Shown piece by piece: positions 27,698 through 38,132 of a stretch of 45,092 bases of DNA. The stretch is taken from contig SDNW01000004.1 in NCBI GenBank assembly GCA_004524725.1, positions 1 through 45,092 on the forward strand, given 5' to 3'. The notes below the pieces were generated by a model, which saw nothing but the letters and a program-made list of their open reading frames with translations, had not been told where the DNA came from and searched no databases. The translations under genes and the position numbers were made by a program. How positions within the stretch are numbered: position 1 is the stretch's first letter; every line of letters starts with the position of its first letter. Source of the stretch: Promethearchaeota archaeon (GTDB lineage Archaea; Asgardarchaeota; Lokiarchaeia; Sigyniarchaeales; SOKP01).

Positions 27698-29074
27698 ATG
27701 GAAATAAGCCCCAAGGTTCTTTATAAGAACTTTATCAATAAAATCATTGATGCGGAGTCTTTAATTGAGCAGTTATCAAGTCTAATTGAAAATAGCAGAA
27801 ACATTAAGATTCGTGTTCTAAGTATCCAAACTTTGGGGAAAATAGAATTAAATTCTCTAATTCCGGTTAAATCTCAAAATTCATTATTTCATCTGTTAGA
27901 AAATCTACTCATTTCTGATTCCAATGAAATAATAAGAAATGAAGCAGCCTTGATTCTAATTAAGTTGTTTAAGAAACGATCGCTAGCACCTATGAAATGG
28001 GCTCTCCTTCATGATGAGTCTGCGATATGTTTAGAAACAATTCATCAATCGATTATGGAAATAATTAATGATCTTAAGAAAAGTAATGAGGATGAGTCCT
28101 ACTCTACTTTGAAAAGTGAAGTACTAGCAATCGAGGATAAGGATTTCAAAATCGCGATTCAAAATATGATTCATCGCAATGATAGTATTATTTCGAAAAC
28201 AACTCTTATCCATATTTTAACCAATTATTTTACGCTATTATTCTTGAAAAAAGTATATTGGCGTTTAAAGTATCGAATTAAGGATGCAACTTTAGTTGAA
28301 TTAGACTTTAGTTTTAAAGTTTTAAGTAATTTACCTCGCGCTATTAGATTCCTTCAATCATTAAAAAAGTTAACTCTAAAATATAATCAAATACTAAAGT
28401 TACCCGAATGGATTGGAGAACTTTCCTCTTTGGAACACCTAAACCTGAATATTAATAATATTGCTAAATTACCAAATTCAGTCTCTATGCTTAATCAATT
28501 AGAGGAATTGGCCTTATGGAAAAATGAACTTGAAGAACTTCCTGAGAGTATTGGGAATTTGATAAATTTGAGAAAATTAAATTTACGACTCAATCAGCTA
28601 AAATTTTTGCCAGAATCTTTAGGAAATTTAATAAAACTCAAAGAGCTAGATCTCCATGATAATCGATTGTTATTTCTTCCAAGATCGATAAAATATATGA
28701 AATCGTTAGAAGTATTGAATTTAAGCTGGAATACATTAAAAAATCTCCCCGAGGAAATCTATGATTTATCCTCTCTTAAAATATTAGATTTAGGAAGAAA
28801 TGAATTACAAACCATCTCACCATCAGTTAGTCGTCTTAATTCATTAGAAATTTTGAATTTAAGTGAAAATAAATTAATTTCGTTACCGCATACTATTGGA
28901 AATTTGAGTTCACTAAAGATACTAAATCTATCTCGAAATCAATTAAAAGTAATTCCTAATTCCATTTATTCTCTCCCCTTATTAGAAGAATTATATTTAG
29001 TCGATAATCAAATAGAAGAGATTCCTTCAAATATACAAGAATTAGAAAATCGTGGTCTTAAAATTATATCTTAA
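27698..29074 (+). CDS. HEAT-like N-terminus + leucine-rich repeat protein (tandem paralog)
   Basis: LLENLLISDSNEIIRNEAA, PMKWA; ~10-11 23-aa LRRs. Confidence 0.92.
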   Translation: MEISPKVLYKNFINKIIDAESLIEQLSSLIENSRNIKIRVLSIQTLGKIELNSLIPVKSQNSLFHLLENLLISDSNEIIRNEAALILIKLFKKRSLAPMKWALLHDESAICLETIHQSIMEIINDLKKSNEDESYSTLKSEVLAIEDKDFKIAIQNMIHRNDSIISKTTLIHILTNYFTLLFLKKVYWRLKYRIKDATLVELDFSFKVLSNLPRAIRFLQSLKKLTLKYNQILKLPEWIGELSSLEHLNLNINNIAKLPNSVSMLNQLEELALWKNELEELPESIGNLINLRKLNLRLNQLKFLPESLGNLIKLKELDLHDNRLLFLPRSIKYMKSLEVLNLSWNTLKNLPEEIYDLSSLKILDLGRNELQTISPSVSRLNSLEILNLSENKLISLPHTIGNLSSLKILNLSRNQLKVIPNSIYSLPLLEELYLVDNQIEEIPSNIQELENRGLKIIS

Positions 29075-29075
29075 T

Positions 29076-30833
29076 CTATTGTGTGTTATATAATTCTAAA
29101 ATTTCCTTTACTGTAGTTACATCTTTTGGACCTTTTTCAGGGCGTAATCGCTGAAAAACAGGAAATCTCATTGAATATCCAAGTGAAGAGAATTTGTCAC
29201 TTACTGTTATCTCATCTCCTATGATCTCAATCACCACTTCAGGTTTCAACCACTGATCTGGAATGTCATCACATATGACGTCTGGAGATTTTCGGGAAAT
29301 TTTATACTGATCCATTTCACTCATTAAGCTTTCCATGATTTCATCAGTCCATCCAGACGCAATTCGAGTGAAAGCTTCGAATTTATCATTCTCTGGATCA
29401 TAAACCGCACCAATATATGTTCCATACATACCTTTTCTTCTTCCGCGACCAAAATTTGCTCCTACTAATACCACGTCTACCGAATCTTTTAGTTTTCCAC
29501 CCTCTAATCCTTTTAGTTTGATCCAGATAAAACCACGATTCCCAGCCTGGTATATCGAATCCTTTTTTATAGATTTTGCCATAATTCCTTCAGCACCAGC
29601 ACTTCTTGCTTCATTAAAGAAATCTAATAATTCCTCGGTGGAATTAATTAAGACCGACTTTGTTAATTGTATCTCATCTTTTTGTTCTACAATCCTTTCG
29701 AGTTCTCTTCGTCGATCGGGAAGGGGTTTATCGATAAATGATTGGTTTTCGAGTTTTAACAAATCAAATAAGAACAAACATACCGGAATCTCTTTGGCAA
29801 TCTCTTCCACATCATATTTTCTTCTCCGTTTGCTTAAAACTTGAAAGGGTAACATTTTTTCATAAAAAGCATCCATTGCGACCACCTCCCCTTCGATGAT
29901 TGTGTTTTCGGCTTTAACATTTTCAATTATTATTTGACATACATCAGGATATTGCTCTGAAATTTCAAGTAATCTTCTTGAAAACATCTGAACATTTTCA
30001 CCTTGTTTATGGATCTGAAGTCTCTCTCCATCAAGCTTGTATTCTGCTGTAAAAGGGGCTCCCAATTTTGTAATAATATCTCCATAAGGGACACGTGACG
30101 CTAACATACTTCTAACTGGTGTTCCATATTCGATCCCAACCCTTTTAACAGCCTCAATCCCCTGCTCAGCCAACATGAGAGTTATATCACCCAAATCGGG
30201 ATGCAAATTATATGCGTTTTCTATATAATATCTATTTTCCTTCTCATCAGTAAATCCTAATGCCAATCCATCAATGATCGTCAGAGTAGAAACCCCCACT
30301 CTTAATGTTGAAGTGATAATACGTAAAATATATTTCGTCTCTAATGGAGTACTTTTGCTCATCAGACCTCTCAGAGTGGCTAACTTTGTATCATGAGACC
30401 CTGCCCCCTCCGTAACGGCTATTTTTTGAAGGGATTTGTATAAATCTGAAATCTCTAAGGTAGATTCTGTTAACTCATCACTTACATTAAAATCGTACAA
30501 AGATTTCTGTTTCTTTTTTTTTGCTAAAATCAATTCCGCTGTTGCACCAATATCCCCCTTCTTAATTAATACTTGTTTGATATTCTTTTTATCAATACCA
30601 GAATGAAGGGAGAGGGCTTCTATGATCATTTTTTCAGCAATTCCAATTTTAGGTGCTTGTTTTATGTTAGAAACCAATTGACCTTGCAATAGATAGATTA
30701 TTTTTTTTAAATCTTCAAGTTCGTCATTTTCTTTTAGCTCTTTGAAAAAATAGGAAAGATAATCTATCATCTCAAGCCTTTTTGAGGTGGATTCTAAATC
30801 AGAAAAAAGCTGTGCTAATTTTTGGAATTTCAT
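29076..30833 (-). CDS. lig: ATP-dependent DNA ligase
   Basis: EYKLDGER adenylation motif, EGEVV, FDLL, EGIMAK, WIKLK, MRFPVF. Confidence 0.96.
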   Translation of the reverse strand: MKFQKLAQLFSDLESTSKRLEMIDYLSYFFKELKENDELEDLKKIIYLLQGQLVSNIKQAPKIGIAEKMIIEALSLHSGIDKKNIKQVLIKKGDIGATAELILAKKKKQKSLYDFNVSDELTESTLEISDLYKSLQKIAVTEGAGSHDTKLATLRGLMSKSTPLETKYILRIITSTLRVGVSTLTIIDGLALGFTDEKENRYYIENAYNLHPDLGDITLMLAEQGIEAVKRVGIEYGTPVRSMLASRVPYGDIITKLGAPFTAEYKLDGERLQIHKQGENVQMFSRRLLEISEQYPDVCQIIIENVKAENTIIEGEVVAMDAFYEKMLPFQVLSKRRRKYDVEEIAKEIPVCLFLFDLLKLENQSFIDKPLPDRRRELERIVEQKDEIQLTKSVLINSTEELLDFFNEARSAGAEGIMAKSIKKDSIYQAGNRGFIWIKLKGLEGGKLKDSVDVVLVGANFGRGRRKGMYGTYIGAVYDPENDKFEAFTRIASGWTDEIMESLMSEMDQYKISRKSPDVICDDIPDQWLKPEVVIEIIGDEITVSDKFSSLGYSMRFPVFQRLRPEKGPKDVTTVKEILELYNTQ

Positions 30834-30918
30834 GGAAAATAATTTTTTGTTATTCTTTCTTGAACATAATTAAAATAGCTAAATTAATAAAGTATTTTTA
30901 AAAAAATAAGAAAATAGA

Positions 30919-31797
30919 TTAGATTAACTTTGAAAGTTCAACAAATTTTTTTTGGATTTCAGTTTTTACGTTAGTAGCGATTCCTGCGAATGAATTTGCC
31001 GTGAATTTAATCTTACCCTCTGAAATTGTAAATTCACATACTTTTCCATCCATATGTTCAACTGCATAAGCTCCATCTTCTTTTTTAGAGATCCATATAT
31101 CATCGTAATGATCCAAAATTCCCATGAAAACAAACCCGATTTTAGCTTGTATACTTAAACCTAACGGTTTAATTACGATTTCCGAAGGTTTTGGCATGAT
31201 AACCGGCTTCTTTTCCACTTTTGGTTCTGACTCAACTATTGGTTTTGGTTTTTCAATTTGAATTTTTTTTGGTTCGCTATCATATTCTGAAGCGGCAGTT
31301 ATTTCCGCTTTGGCAGTTTGTTGGAGTTTCGGTTGGCTTACAACTGGTATGCGCTCTACTTTTTCTACTATAGGTTTTGGTTCTGCTTTTATTTCATGTT
31401 TTACTGGAGCGGTTTCGATCTCTTTGCTTGCATAAGAAATGATAAAATTATCCAATTCTTTATATTCTCTATTTAATACTTCTTGGAGTTCTTCATTGTA
31501 TCTATCTGTTTCTGGGTCTCTTCCAATTTTTCTCTGATCTATTTCCTTCAACAACTTGATATCTCTTCCCACAATACTTTTACCAACAGTAAATCCGTGA
31601 CCCTTTAATGATTCGGCCTGCCTTAAAGCTGTTCTTCGAGCAACTAAGCCTTGATTTGATCCATGCCATAAATAAAGAGAAGAAGAACCCTCATCAAGAA
31701 TTATAATATTCCTATCATTAGTAAGATTATTTTTATCCCACGCAATGGGTTGACTCACACCACCCTCTAATACATCAAACATTAATGCGTAATCCAT
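30919..31797 (-). CDS. Gelsolin-domain protein with Pro/Lys/Glu-rich linker and C-terminal globular domain
   Basis: IIILDEGSSSLYLWHGSNQGLVARRTALRQAESL matches the gelsolin core (hhhLD...hYhWxG...A...A). Confidence 0.75.
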   Translation of the reverse strand: MDYALMFDVLEGGVSQPIAWDKNNLTNDRNIIILDEGSSSLYLWHGSNQGLVARRTALRQAESLKGHGFTVGKSIVGRDIKLLKEIDQRKIGRDPETDRYNEELQEVLNREYKELDNFIISYASKEIETAPVKHEIKAEPKPIVEKVERIPVVSQPKLQQTAKAEITAASEYDSEPKKIQIEKPKPIVESEPKVEKKPVIMPKPSEIVIKPLGLSIQAKIGFVFMGILDHYDDIWISKKEDGAYAVEHMDGKVCEFTISEGKIKFTANSFAGIATNVKTEIQKKFVELSKLI

Positions 31798-32105
31798 GGC
31801 TTTAACTCAACACTTAATAGTATCAATCTATAATTATCTTATAAAATTAATAGGTTTTATAAATATAAAAATTGAGTTTTTGATATTTTAATATTAAATA
31901 GTTACTTCATAATTATTGGAATTTTTCCGATTTTCCTATTGATTAGCAGAGATTTTTGTGGTTATTGAAAAACTAACTAAATCAAATGAAGTATTGAAGT
32001 AAGATTATAACAAAAAAATATATACTATCATATAATTAGATAAATAAATCTATAATTAAATCTTCCAAGACAACATATTAGATATAAAGATTTAAGGAAT
32101 GAGAT

Positions 32106-33209
32106 ATGGTAAAGAATATGGATCTTGAAAATTTATTCCGAGAAAATTTAAAAAAATATGTCGCATACGAGACCGGTGAAATACCTTTAGGAGAAAATTG
32201 GCTCTTATTGGATACAAATGAAAACCCTTATCCACCTATACCCGAAATTATAAAAGATTTAAAGGAAACGATGGCAAATCCCGAAATATTGAAAAAGTAT
32301 CCTGATCCTAATGCACTTGAAGTCCGGAAGGCAATATTGAACCAACTTTTAAGAGATAAAGATACTCTAACAAATAGAAACACAGTTTTTGTCGGTAATG
32401 ATTGTGATGGAATTTTAGAGGTACTCTTTAAAGTATTTATTGACACCGGAGATCAAATAGTCGTTTTTTATCCTACGAATGCAATTTATAAGGCTTTAGC
32501 TACTCTTTATGAAGCAAAAATTAATGAAATTAAGTTAAATGAAGATTTTTCTATACCTGATGAGGTATATAGCGCCAAAGGAAAGTTATTGTTCATTAAA
32601 TCTCCAAATGATCCCAATGGTCAATCACATCCTAATGAACAAATCCAAAAAATATGCCAACATTTCCCAGGAATAGTTGTTGTTGATGAGGAATATGCTG
32701 ATTTCTCTGATAAGACTTGTGTATCTTTATTGAAAAATAACAAAAACTTAATTGTAGTGCGATCACTTACAAAAGCGTTTTCTTTAGCCGCTTTTAGAAT
32801 AGGATTCGCTTTAGCCGATGCCCGAATAATTAAGGAAATGAATAACGTAAAATTACCATATAATACGAGTTCTTTAGCTCAAATAGCGGCAATATCATGC
32901 ATCAAACATAGAAGGAAGGTTTTTGAACAAAATGAAAAAATCTTATCTGAAAGAAAAAAGCTTGTGGATGCCTTAAATAGTTTTGATGGAGTAAGTGTAC
33001 AACCATCTGATGCAAATTTCATATTTATTAAATTCGCTGATAAATCTAAGACTCTTAAATTTATTTGGGATTTGAAAGACTTAAAGATATTAACCCGCCA
33101 TTTTAGTAAACCTGGTTTATACAATTATATTCGGATGACCATAGGTACTGAGGAAGAAAATAATAGATTTTTATCCGAATTTGAAAAAATTGCAAAGAAA
33201 TACTTATAA
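32106..33209 (+). CDS. hisC: Histidinol-phosphate aminotransferase-like PLP protein (class I/II), divergent
   Basis: LDTNENPYP, YPD, RSLTKAFSLAAFRIG (PLP Lys), SDANFI, IRMTIGT.EEN. Confidence 0.8.
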   Translation: MVKNMDLENLFRENLKKYVAYETGEIPLGENWLLLDTNENPYPPIPEIIKDLKETMANPEILKKYPDPNALEVRKAILNQLLRDKDTLTNRNTVFVGNDCDGILEVLFKVFIDTGDQIVVFYPTNAIYKALATLYEAKINEIKLNEDFSIPDEVYSAKGKLLFIKSPNDPNGQSHPNEQIQKICQHFPGIVVVDEEYADFSDKTCVSLLKNNKNLIVVRSLTKAFSLAAFRIGFALADARIIKEMNNVKLPYNTSSLAQIAAISCIKHRRKVFEQNEKILSERKKLVDALNSFDGVSVQPSDANFIFIKFADKSKTLKFIWDLKDLKILTRHFSKPGLYNYIRMTIGTEEENNRFLSEFEKIAKKYL

Positions 33210-33313
33210 ATGTTTTTTGTTTAACAAAATTTTTTATTTTCCTAATTCAAATTACTATATAAGAATTCATAATCTCAATAAAAAATCTTAACTAATCATG
33301 GAGTTATTGGAAT

Positions 33314-34558
33314 ATGCCTAAAAAAAACAGAGCGTATCCAGAAGGCTTTTTAAAAGAGCAATCCGTCTCAAAAAAACTAGATTTTAACGCCAATAAAGAC
33401 GTGATTAGTTGTGAAAACTGTGGATACAAGATTATAAGACCATATCCAAAAGACCAGTTATGTCCACGATGTGGTAAATTTTTAGCAAACCTTTATAGCC
33501 ACAAAGATATGAGTGAAAATGAAGAATCGAAACAGAAAATCATTAAAGAATTTGATACTCGGACTGCTATGCCCTCCAAAAAATTCGGATCAAAAGTAAG
33601 AGTTAAGCAAAAGGTTGGAGATGATTTCTCTCTTTCTGATGATTTCATTCCTCTTCAACAAAATAATGAATATCTCCGATTTTTAGGAATCACGACTAAG
33701 AAAGGACGTAATAAATTATTTTATAGTAATAACCAATTTAAATATCTTTTAGAATTGGCAAATAATTTGGACTATATTGCGGTTAGCATCTTAGGTGGAA
33801 AACTTGACAAAATGTTACTTATATCTAAGGATAATATTGAAGAAAAATGCCAATTTCTAGTTTTAGAGAATTTAATATATGTTGTATTTGGGAACTTTCC
33901 CGATAAGAAAGGAAAATGGATTCTTGAGCAAATGGCTAAATATTACTCTGATCTAATACAAAATAGAGATGTAGATGCTTTAACAGAAACTGAAAGATAC
34001 GATATTGAAAGAAAATTTCTTGGTCCTGCGAATTTTCTTATCAATGAATATAAGCGCCTACAGAAGATATTTACCGACAAGGAAATTCCATATTTAGAGG
34101 ATTGGATGAGAATTGATTATTTAGGTCTATCTTCGATGTCTATTGGAGTAATTTCTTTACTTCTAGATACAGATGGTAACTTAAATGTTGAAGTTCCGGG
34201 AGAGTATGAAAACGAATATGAAGAAATCGAAATGAAAGAGTCACTTTTAACAGCGAAAATTGAAGCAATTGCCGCCAATACTCTTGGAAATACTGGGTCA
34301 TATCCACGATGGATTGCGGTAAAGTTAGGTTTTCAGCATTATCGCTTTTTAACATTTAAGAAATATCAGAATGATTACTTTCTTTCTTTACTCTCGGAAG
34401 GAAATTTACGTAAGCTTGATAAAATCGAAAGTAAGGTTGAGCCCTATTTATACCACGGTATTGATAAACCTTTTTCAGGAAATTTAAGGCCCTTCAATAA
34501 ACTCAAAGCTACAATTAAAGATATGTTAAATAAATTTCCCGAACATAAAATCAGTTAG
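33314..34558 (+). CDS. Zn-ribbon protein with two putative longin/roadblock-like domains
   Basis: CENC..CPRC; two segments with a beta-beta-alpha-beta-beta-beta-alpha pattern (LRFLGITTKKG...; IDYLGLSSMSIG...). The ORF is secure; the fold is inferred. Confidence 0.6.
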   Translation: MPKKNRAYPEGFLKEQSVSKKLDFNANKDVISCENCGYKIIRPYPKDQLCPRCGKFLANLYSHKDMSENEESKQKIIKEFDTRTAMPSKKFGSKVRVKQKVGDDFSLSDDFIPLQQNNEYLRFLGITTKKGRNKLFYSNNQFKYLLELANNLDYIAVSILGGKLDKMLLISKDNIEEKCQFLVLENLIYVVFGNFPDKKGKWILEQMAKYYSDLIQNRDVDALTETERYDIERKFLGPANFLINEYKRLQKIFTDKEIPYLEDWMRIDYLGLSSMSIGVISLLLDTDGNLNVEVPGEYENEYEEIEMKESLLTAKIEAIAANTLGNTGSYPRWIAVKLGFQHYRFLTFKKYQNDYFLSLLSEGNLRKLDKIESKVEPYLYHGIDKPFSGNLRPFNKLKATIKDMLNKFPEHKIS

Positions 34559-34602
34559 AATGTCTAAACTTTATTTTTAAAGAAATTTTTATTGACTTAA
34601 GT

Positions 34603-37053
34603 ATGCTTGAAATAATACAAGATAATAAAGATACTATTGAAATCTCTAATGGAAAGATTTTCCTCAAATTTTTCAAAAATGGTCCTTCACAGGGAACATA
34701 TGAAATTATTTATCTTGAAGAAGTGGCCTTAAAGGATTGTTATTGCAACATAATATTTCATGAAGATTCTTCTGAAAATTTACTAGAAATTAAGTCTAGC
34801 CAAATCTCTTATATTACCACTATAGAAAAAACATTAACCGGAAATGGGAATGGCTATAAATTAATTCTTTCCCCTTCTCAAGTTGATAGCTTAGATGTTT
34901 CATTTAGGATCCAATTTGAACTGTATGAACAGCAAGATTTTTTACTTATAACTGTAATAAATATAGAAGACAGATCAAGTATTAAGAGAAAAGTACATAG
35001 TATATCTCCGTTTACTCTTAAAAATAGTGTATTATACTTAAATGGATTAGATTCAGCTACAAATTTAGAAAAAATTACCTGGTTTAAAAACGGATTTCAA
35101 AGTTGGAGTCCCTGTAATCTATTTTTTGGTACTGAAAGGGATGTGATGGGACCTTCCACTGAAGTATTGAATTTAACTTTTGATAATCAAGATTATTATC
35201 TCCAAGGGAGATTCTACAGCGAATATAATACTGTGATCACCGATTTAACCTCCACTAACTCTCTGATTATGGGATTTGTCACTAATAAAGATCAATTTAC
35301 CCGTATCATCATGGATTATGAAAATGGAGCTAACTTGAAGCTACTTACCGCATTTGGGTGCATGGATGGTGTTAAATTTCATGAAGCTACCATTGACTTT
35401 TCTGAAACGTTGTTTATTGGTTTTAGACCCCAAAATCTTGGTTATTATGGGCTTATTAACTATGCGAAAATAGTAAAATCTATGAAAGAGAATGACCTTA
35501 TTAGTGAAATTCCAGTAGGGTGGTGTAGTTGGTATTATTACTACACAAATATAACTGAAACGGATATGATTGCGAATTTGGAATTTTTTAATAATAATAA
35601 AGGAATTCCCATTGACTTTATACAGTTAGATGATGGGTATTTTACAAAAATTGGTGATTATCTTAATATCGATCAAGAAAAATTCCCTAAGGGTTTGGAT
35701 TATTTATTTTATCAAATTAAAAAAAAAGGATTTAAAACAGGGATATGGACCGCTCCATTTTTTGCAGTCAGAACTTCAAAACTCTTTAAATCTCATCGCG
35801 ATTGGTTTCTCACGAAAAAAACCAAACCTTTAAAAGTACACTTTAATTGGAATTCTTTTCAATATGCTTTAGATTTGACGAGAGAGGATGTTTTACATCA
35901 TCTTTTTGAGCTTTACACTGAGTTATCCCATATAAATACGAATTTAAGAATGGATTTTTTCAAAATCGATTTTTTGCATGCCGCAGTCCCATACGGGGCA
36001 ACTTATAGTAAAAATTACCTTACCAGAGCTCAAGTTTTATACCAAGGAATAAAGAAAATTAGAGAAACAATAACTCCCAAATCATTCTTGTTAGGTTGTG
36101 GGGCGCCCCTCGGACCATGTATCGGTTTAGTGGATGCTATGAGAATAAGCGGAGATACTGCACCGATATGGGATGCGGGATACATTGAACAATATTCCAA
36201 TAATAAGGGGATAGAAAGCACATCACTGAAATCTGCATTAGTAAATATTTTGTATCGCTCGTTCATGCATAATTATTTCTGGATTAACGATCCAGATTGT
36301 TTGATGATACGCCGAAAAAATACACAACTAACTCTCGATGAAATTCGTCTTCAGATGACCATATTTGGTTTATCGGGTGGACAATTATTAATTTCAGATG
36401 ATATGACAATCCTTTCTCAAGAGGAGATACATGATGCTAAATTATTGTTACCCCCCTATAATCCTAAAGGGTTTGATCCAATTGTTATTGATGCTTTTCG
36501 AAGCGTTTTACCTACCCTATACATGTTAGAGACAAATGAAATCATTGGACATCGATATTTAGTTGCAATTATTAATTGGAACGATGAACATGAAACAAAA
36601 AATATTCTTGTGTCTGAACTATTAGGGAAGCATTTTGATGAAACTAAAAAATATCTCATTTTCAGTTTCTGGGATAAAAGATATCTCGGTCAATTTGCTA
36701 TAAAGGACAAAATAAGTTTATCAAATATACCTCCTCATTCTTGCGCTTATCTAACATTAATACCTGTTAATAAAGACTCCTATAATGATATTATCTTTAT
36801 TTCATCGGATTTACATATTTCACAAGGATGTTATGAAATCAAGGAATTTGAATATCTCGAAAATGAATCCAAAATCATTATAAAAGTTCAGGTACTTGGA
36901 AGTAGGACCGGATTCTTTTACATTAAAATTCCTATGGATAAAAAAGTGGTCGCTTATGAGAAAGAATATGAACAAATCGATGAATTGGAAAATATTTGGA
37001 AATTTCATGCCGTTATTGAAAAAGAAGCAGTGATAGAAATCATCCTATCTTAA
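34603..37053 (+). CDS. Alpha-galactosidase, glycoside hydrolase family 36-like
   Basis: NGFQSWS, GWCSWY, QLDDGY, GIWTAPF, KIDF (nucleophile), MRISGD (acid/base), NDPD. Confidence 0.9.
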   Translation: MLEIIQDNKDTIEISNGKIFLKFFKNGPSQGTYEIIYLEEVALKDCYCNIIFHEDSSENLLEIKSSQISYITTIEKTLTGNGNGYKLILSPSQVDSLDVSFRIQFELYEQQDFLLITVINIEDRSSIKRKVHSISPFTLKNSVLYLNGLDSATNLEKITWFKNGFQSWSPCNLFFGTERDVMGPSTEVLNLTFDNQDYYLQGRFYSEYNTVITDLTSTNSLIMGFVTNKDQFTRIIMDYENGANLKLLTAFGCMDGVKFHEATIDFSETLFIGFRPQNLGYYGLINYAKIVKSMKENDLISEIPVGWCSWYYYYTNITETDMIANLEFFNNNKGIPIDFIQLDDGYFTKIGDYLNIDQEKFPKGLDYLFYQIKKKGFKTGIWTAPFFAVRTSKLFKSHRDWFLTKKTKPLKVHFNWNSFQYALDLTREDVLHHLFELYTELSHINTNLRMDFFKIDFLHAAVPYGATYSKNYLTRAQVLYQGIKKIRETITPKSFLLGCGAPLGPCIGLVDAMRISGDTAPIWDAGYIEQYSNNKGIESTSLKSALVNILYRSFMHNYFWINDPDCLMIRRKNTQLTLDEIRLQMTIFGLSGGQLLISDDMTILSQEEIHDAKLLLPPYNPKGFDPIVIDAFRSVLPTLYMLETNEIIGHRYLVAIINWNDEHETKNILVSELLGKHFDETKKYLIFSFWDKRYLGQFAIKDKISLSNIPPHSCAYLTLIPVNKDSYNDIIFISSDLHISQGCYEIKEFEYLENESKIIIKVQVLGSRTGFFYIKIPMDKKVVAYEKEYEQIDELENIWKFHAVIEKEAVIEIILS

Positions 37054-37122
37054 CTTTTATAACTCTCCAATACTTAAAATATTCATACATCTTTAAGGCT
37101 TATTTCTCCATTTCATGAGAAT

Positions 37123-38094
37123 ATGTTAGATCTCGATCCAGAAATTTTGTATCACAGGTTCTGCAACAAAGAAATCGATAAATTAACTCTAGTAAATTCT
37201 CTTTTATTATTGATTGAAGAATCCATCAATGAGGATCTTAGGATTAGTGCGATAAACCAATTAAGAAGATTGGGCATTACTAGTGATCATCTTTTCAATG
37301 TGATGGAAAATCTAATGATTTCTGATACCAATGGAAAAGTAAGAAACGCTGCTGCGCGCTATATTAGCTATTTGTATTTTGAAAAGTCTTATAATATCGT
37401 GAATTGGGCAATACAATATGAAGAGTCCTATGAATGTATTCTTACAATGGTAAATACTCTGAAAAAAATGCAATCAGAGGATTCCAAACGGCTTTTAATA
37501 TCTCAGATTTCTAAGATTTTGAAACCAAGTACCCATTCAACCGAAAAACCATACATATTCCAAAAATATAGAAAAAGGATGAAAAAGGTATTCAAAGAAA
37601 AAGATATTGGAGATTTTACCGTAGAAGAATTAGCAGAAATTTTGATTAATTATAAAACAGTATCATTTCTAGCACTTACTTACCCTAATTTCTATTTTGA
37701 TTTAGATATTTCTAATGGGTTAGTCTCAGAAGTAGACCTTGCTGATTATCTCCAATATGAAGTCAAAGGAACTCCATTTGGCTGGAAAAATAATATAGCC
37801 TCTCTTAAAAAGATAAAAGGACTTAACAATTTTAAGTACGTCAAGAAATTAGATTTATCTAATAATCTTATAGAGGATTTAAGTGCTTTAACTGGTTTTA
37901 AAAATTTAGAGACCGTTTGCTTAGCAAATAATAAGATATCTGATCCCAAAAATATAAAATATCTCAATGATCTTCCTAATATTCGTTATATCGACTTAAC
38001 TGGGAATAAAATTGCAAAATCAGTTTCCTATAAGGATTTTAAGCCAAATGTGAAAGTAGTTTTAAAGCGGTTTGATGAACAAGTTGAATTTTAA
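37123..38094 (+). CDS. HEAT-like N-terminus + short LRR protein (third family member)
   Basis: LDPEILY..F.NKEID, MENLMISDTNGKVRNAAA; C-terminal LDLSNNLI, LANNKI, LTGNKI. Confidence 0.88.
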   Translation: MLDLDPEILYHRFCNKEIDKLTLVNSLLLLIEESINEDLRISAINQLRRLGITSDHLFNVMENLMISDTNGKVRNAAARYISYLYFEKSYNIVNWAIQYEESYECILTMVNTLKKMQSEDSKRLLISQISKILKPSTHSTEKPYIFQKYRKRMKKVFKEKDIGDFTVEELAEILINYKTVSFLALTYPNFYFDLDISNGLVSEVDLADYLQYEVKGTPFGWKNNIASLKKIKGLNNFKYVKKLDLSNNLIEDLSALTGFKNLETVCLANNKISDPKNIKYLNDLPNIRYIDLTGNKIAKSVSYKDFKPNVKVVLKRFDEQVEF

Positions 38095-38132
38095 TAATTA
38101 TACTCCAATAAAAAAGAAAAGAAAAATTAAAT

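Noticed and set aside
26800-29050. 69-bp periodicity as a CRISPR or tandem DNA repeat
   Set aside because: Explained by coding LRR units; no identical direct repeats with spacers
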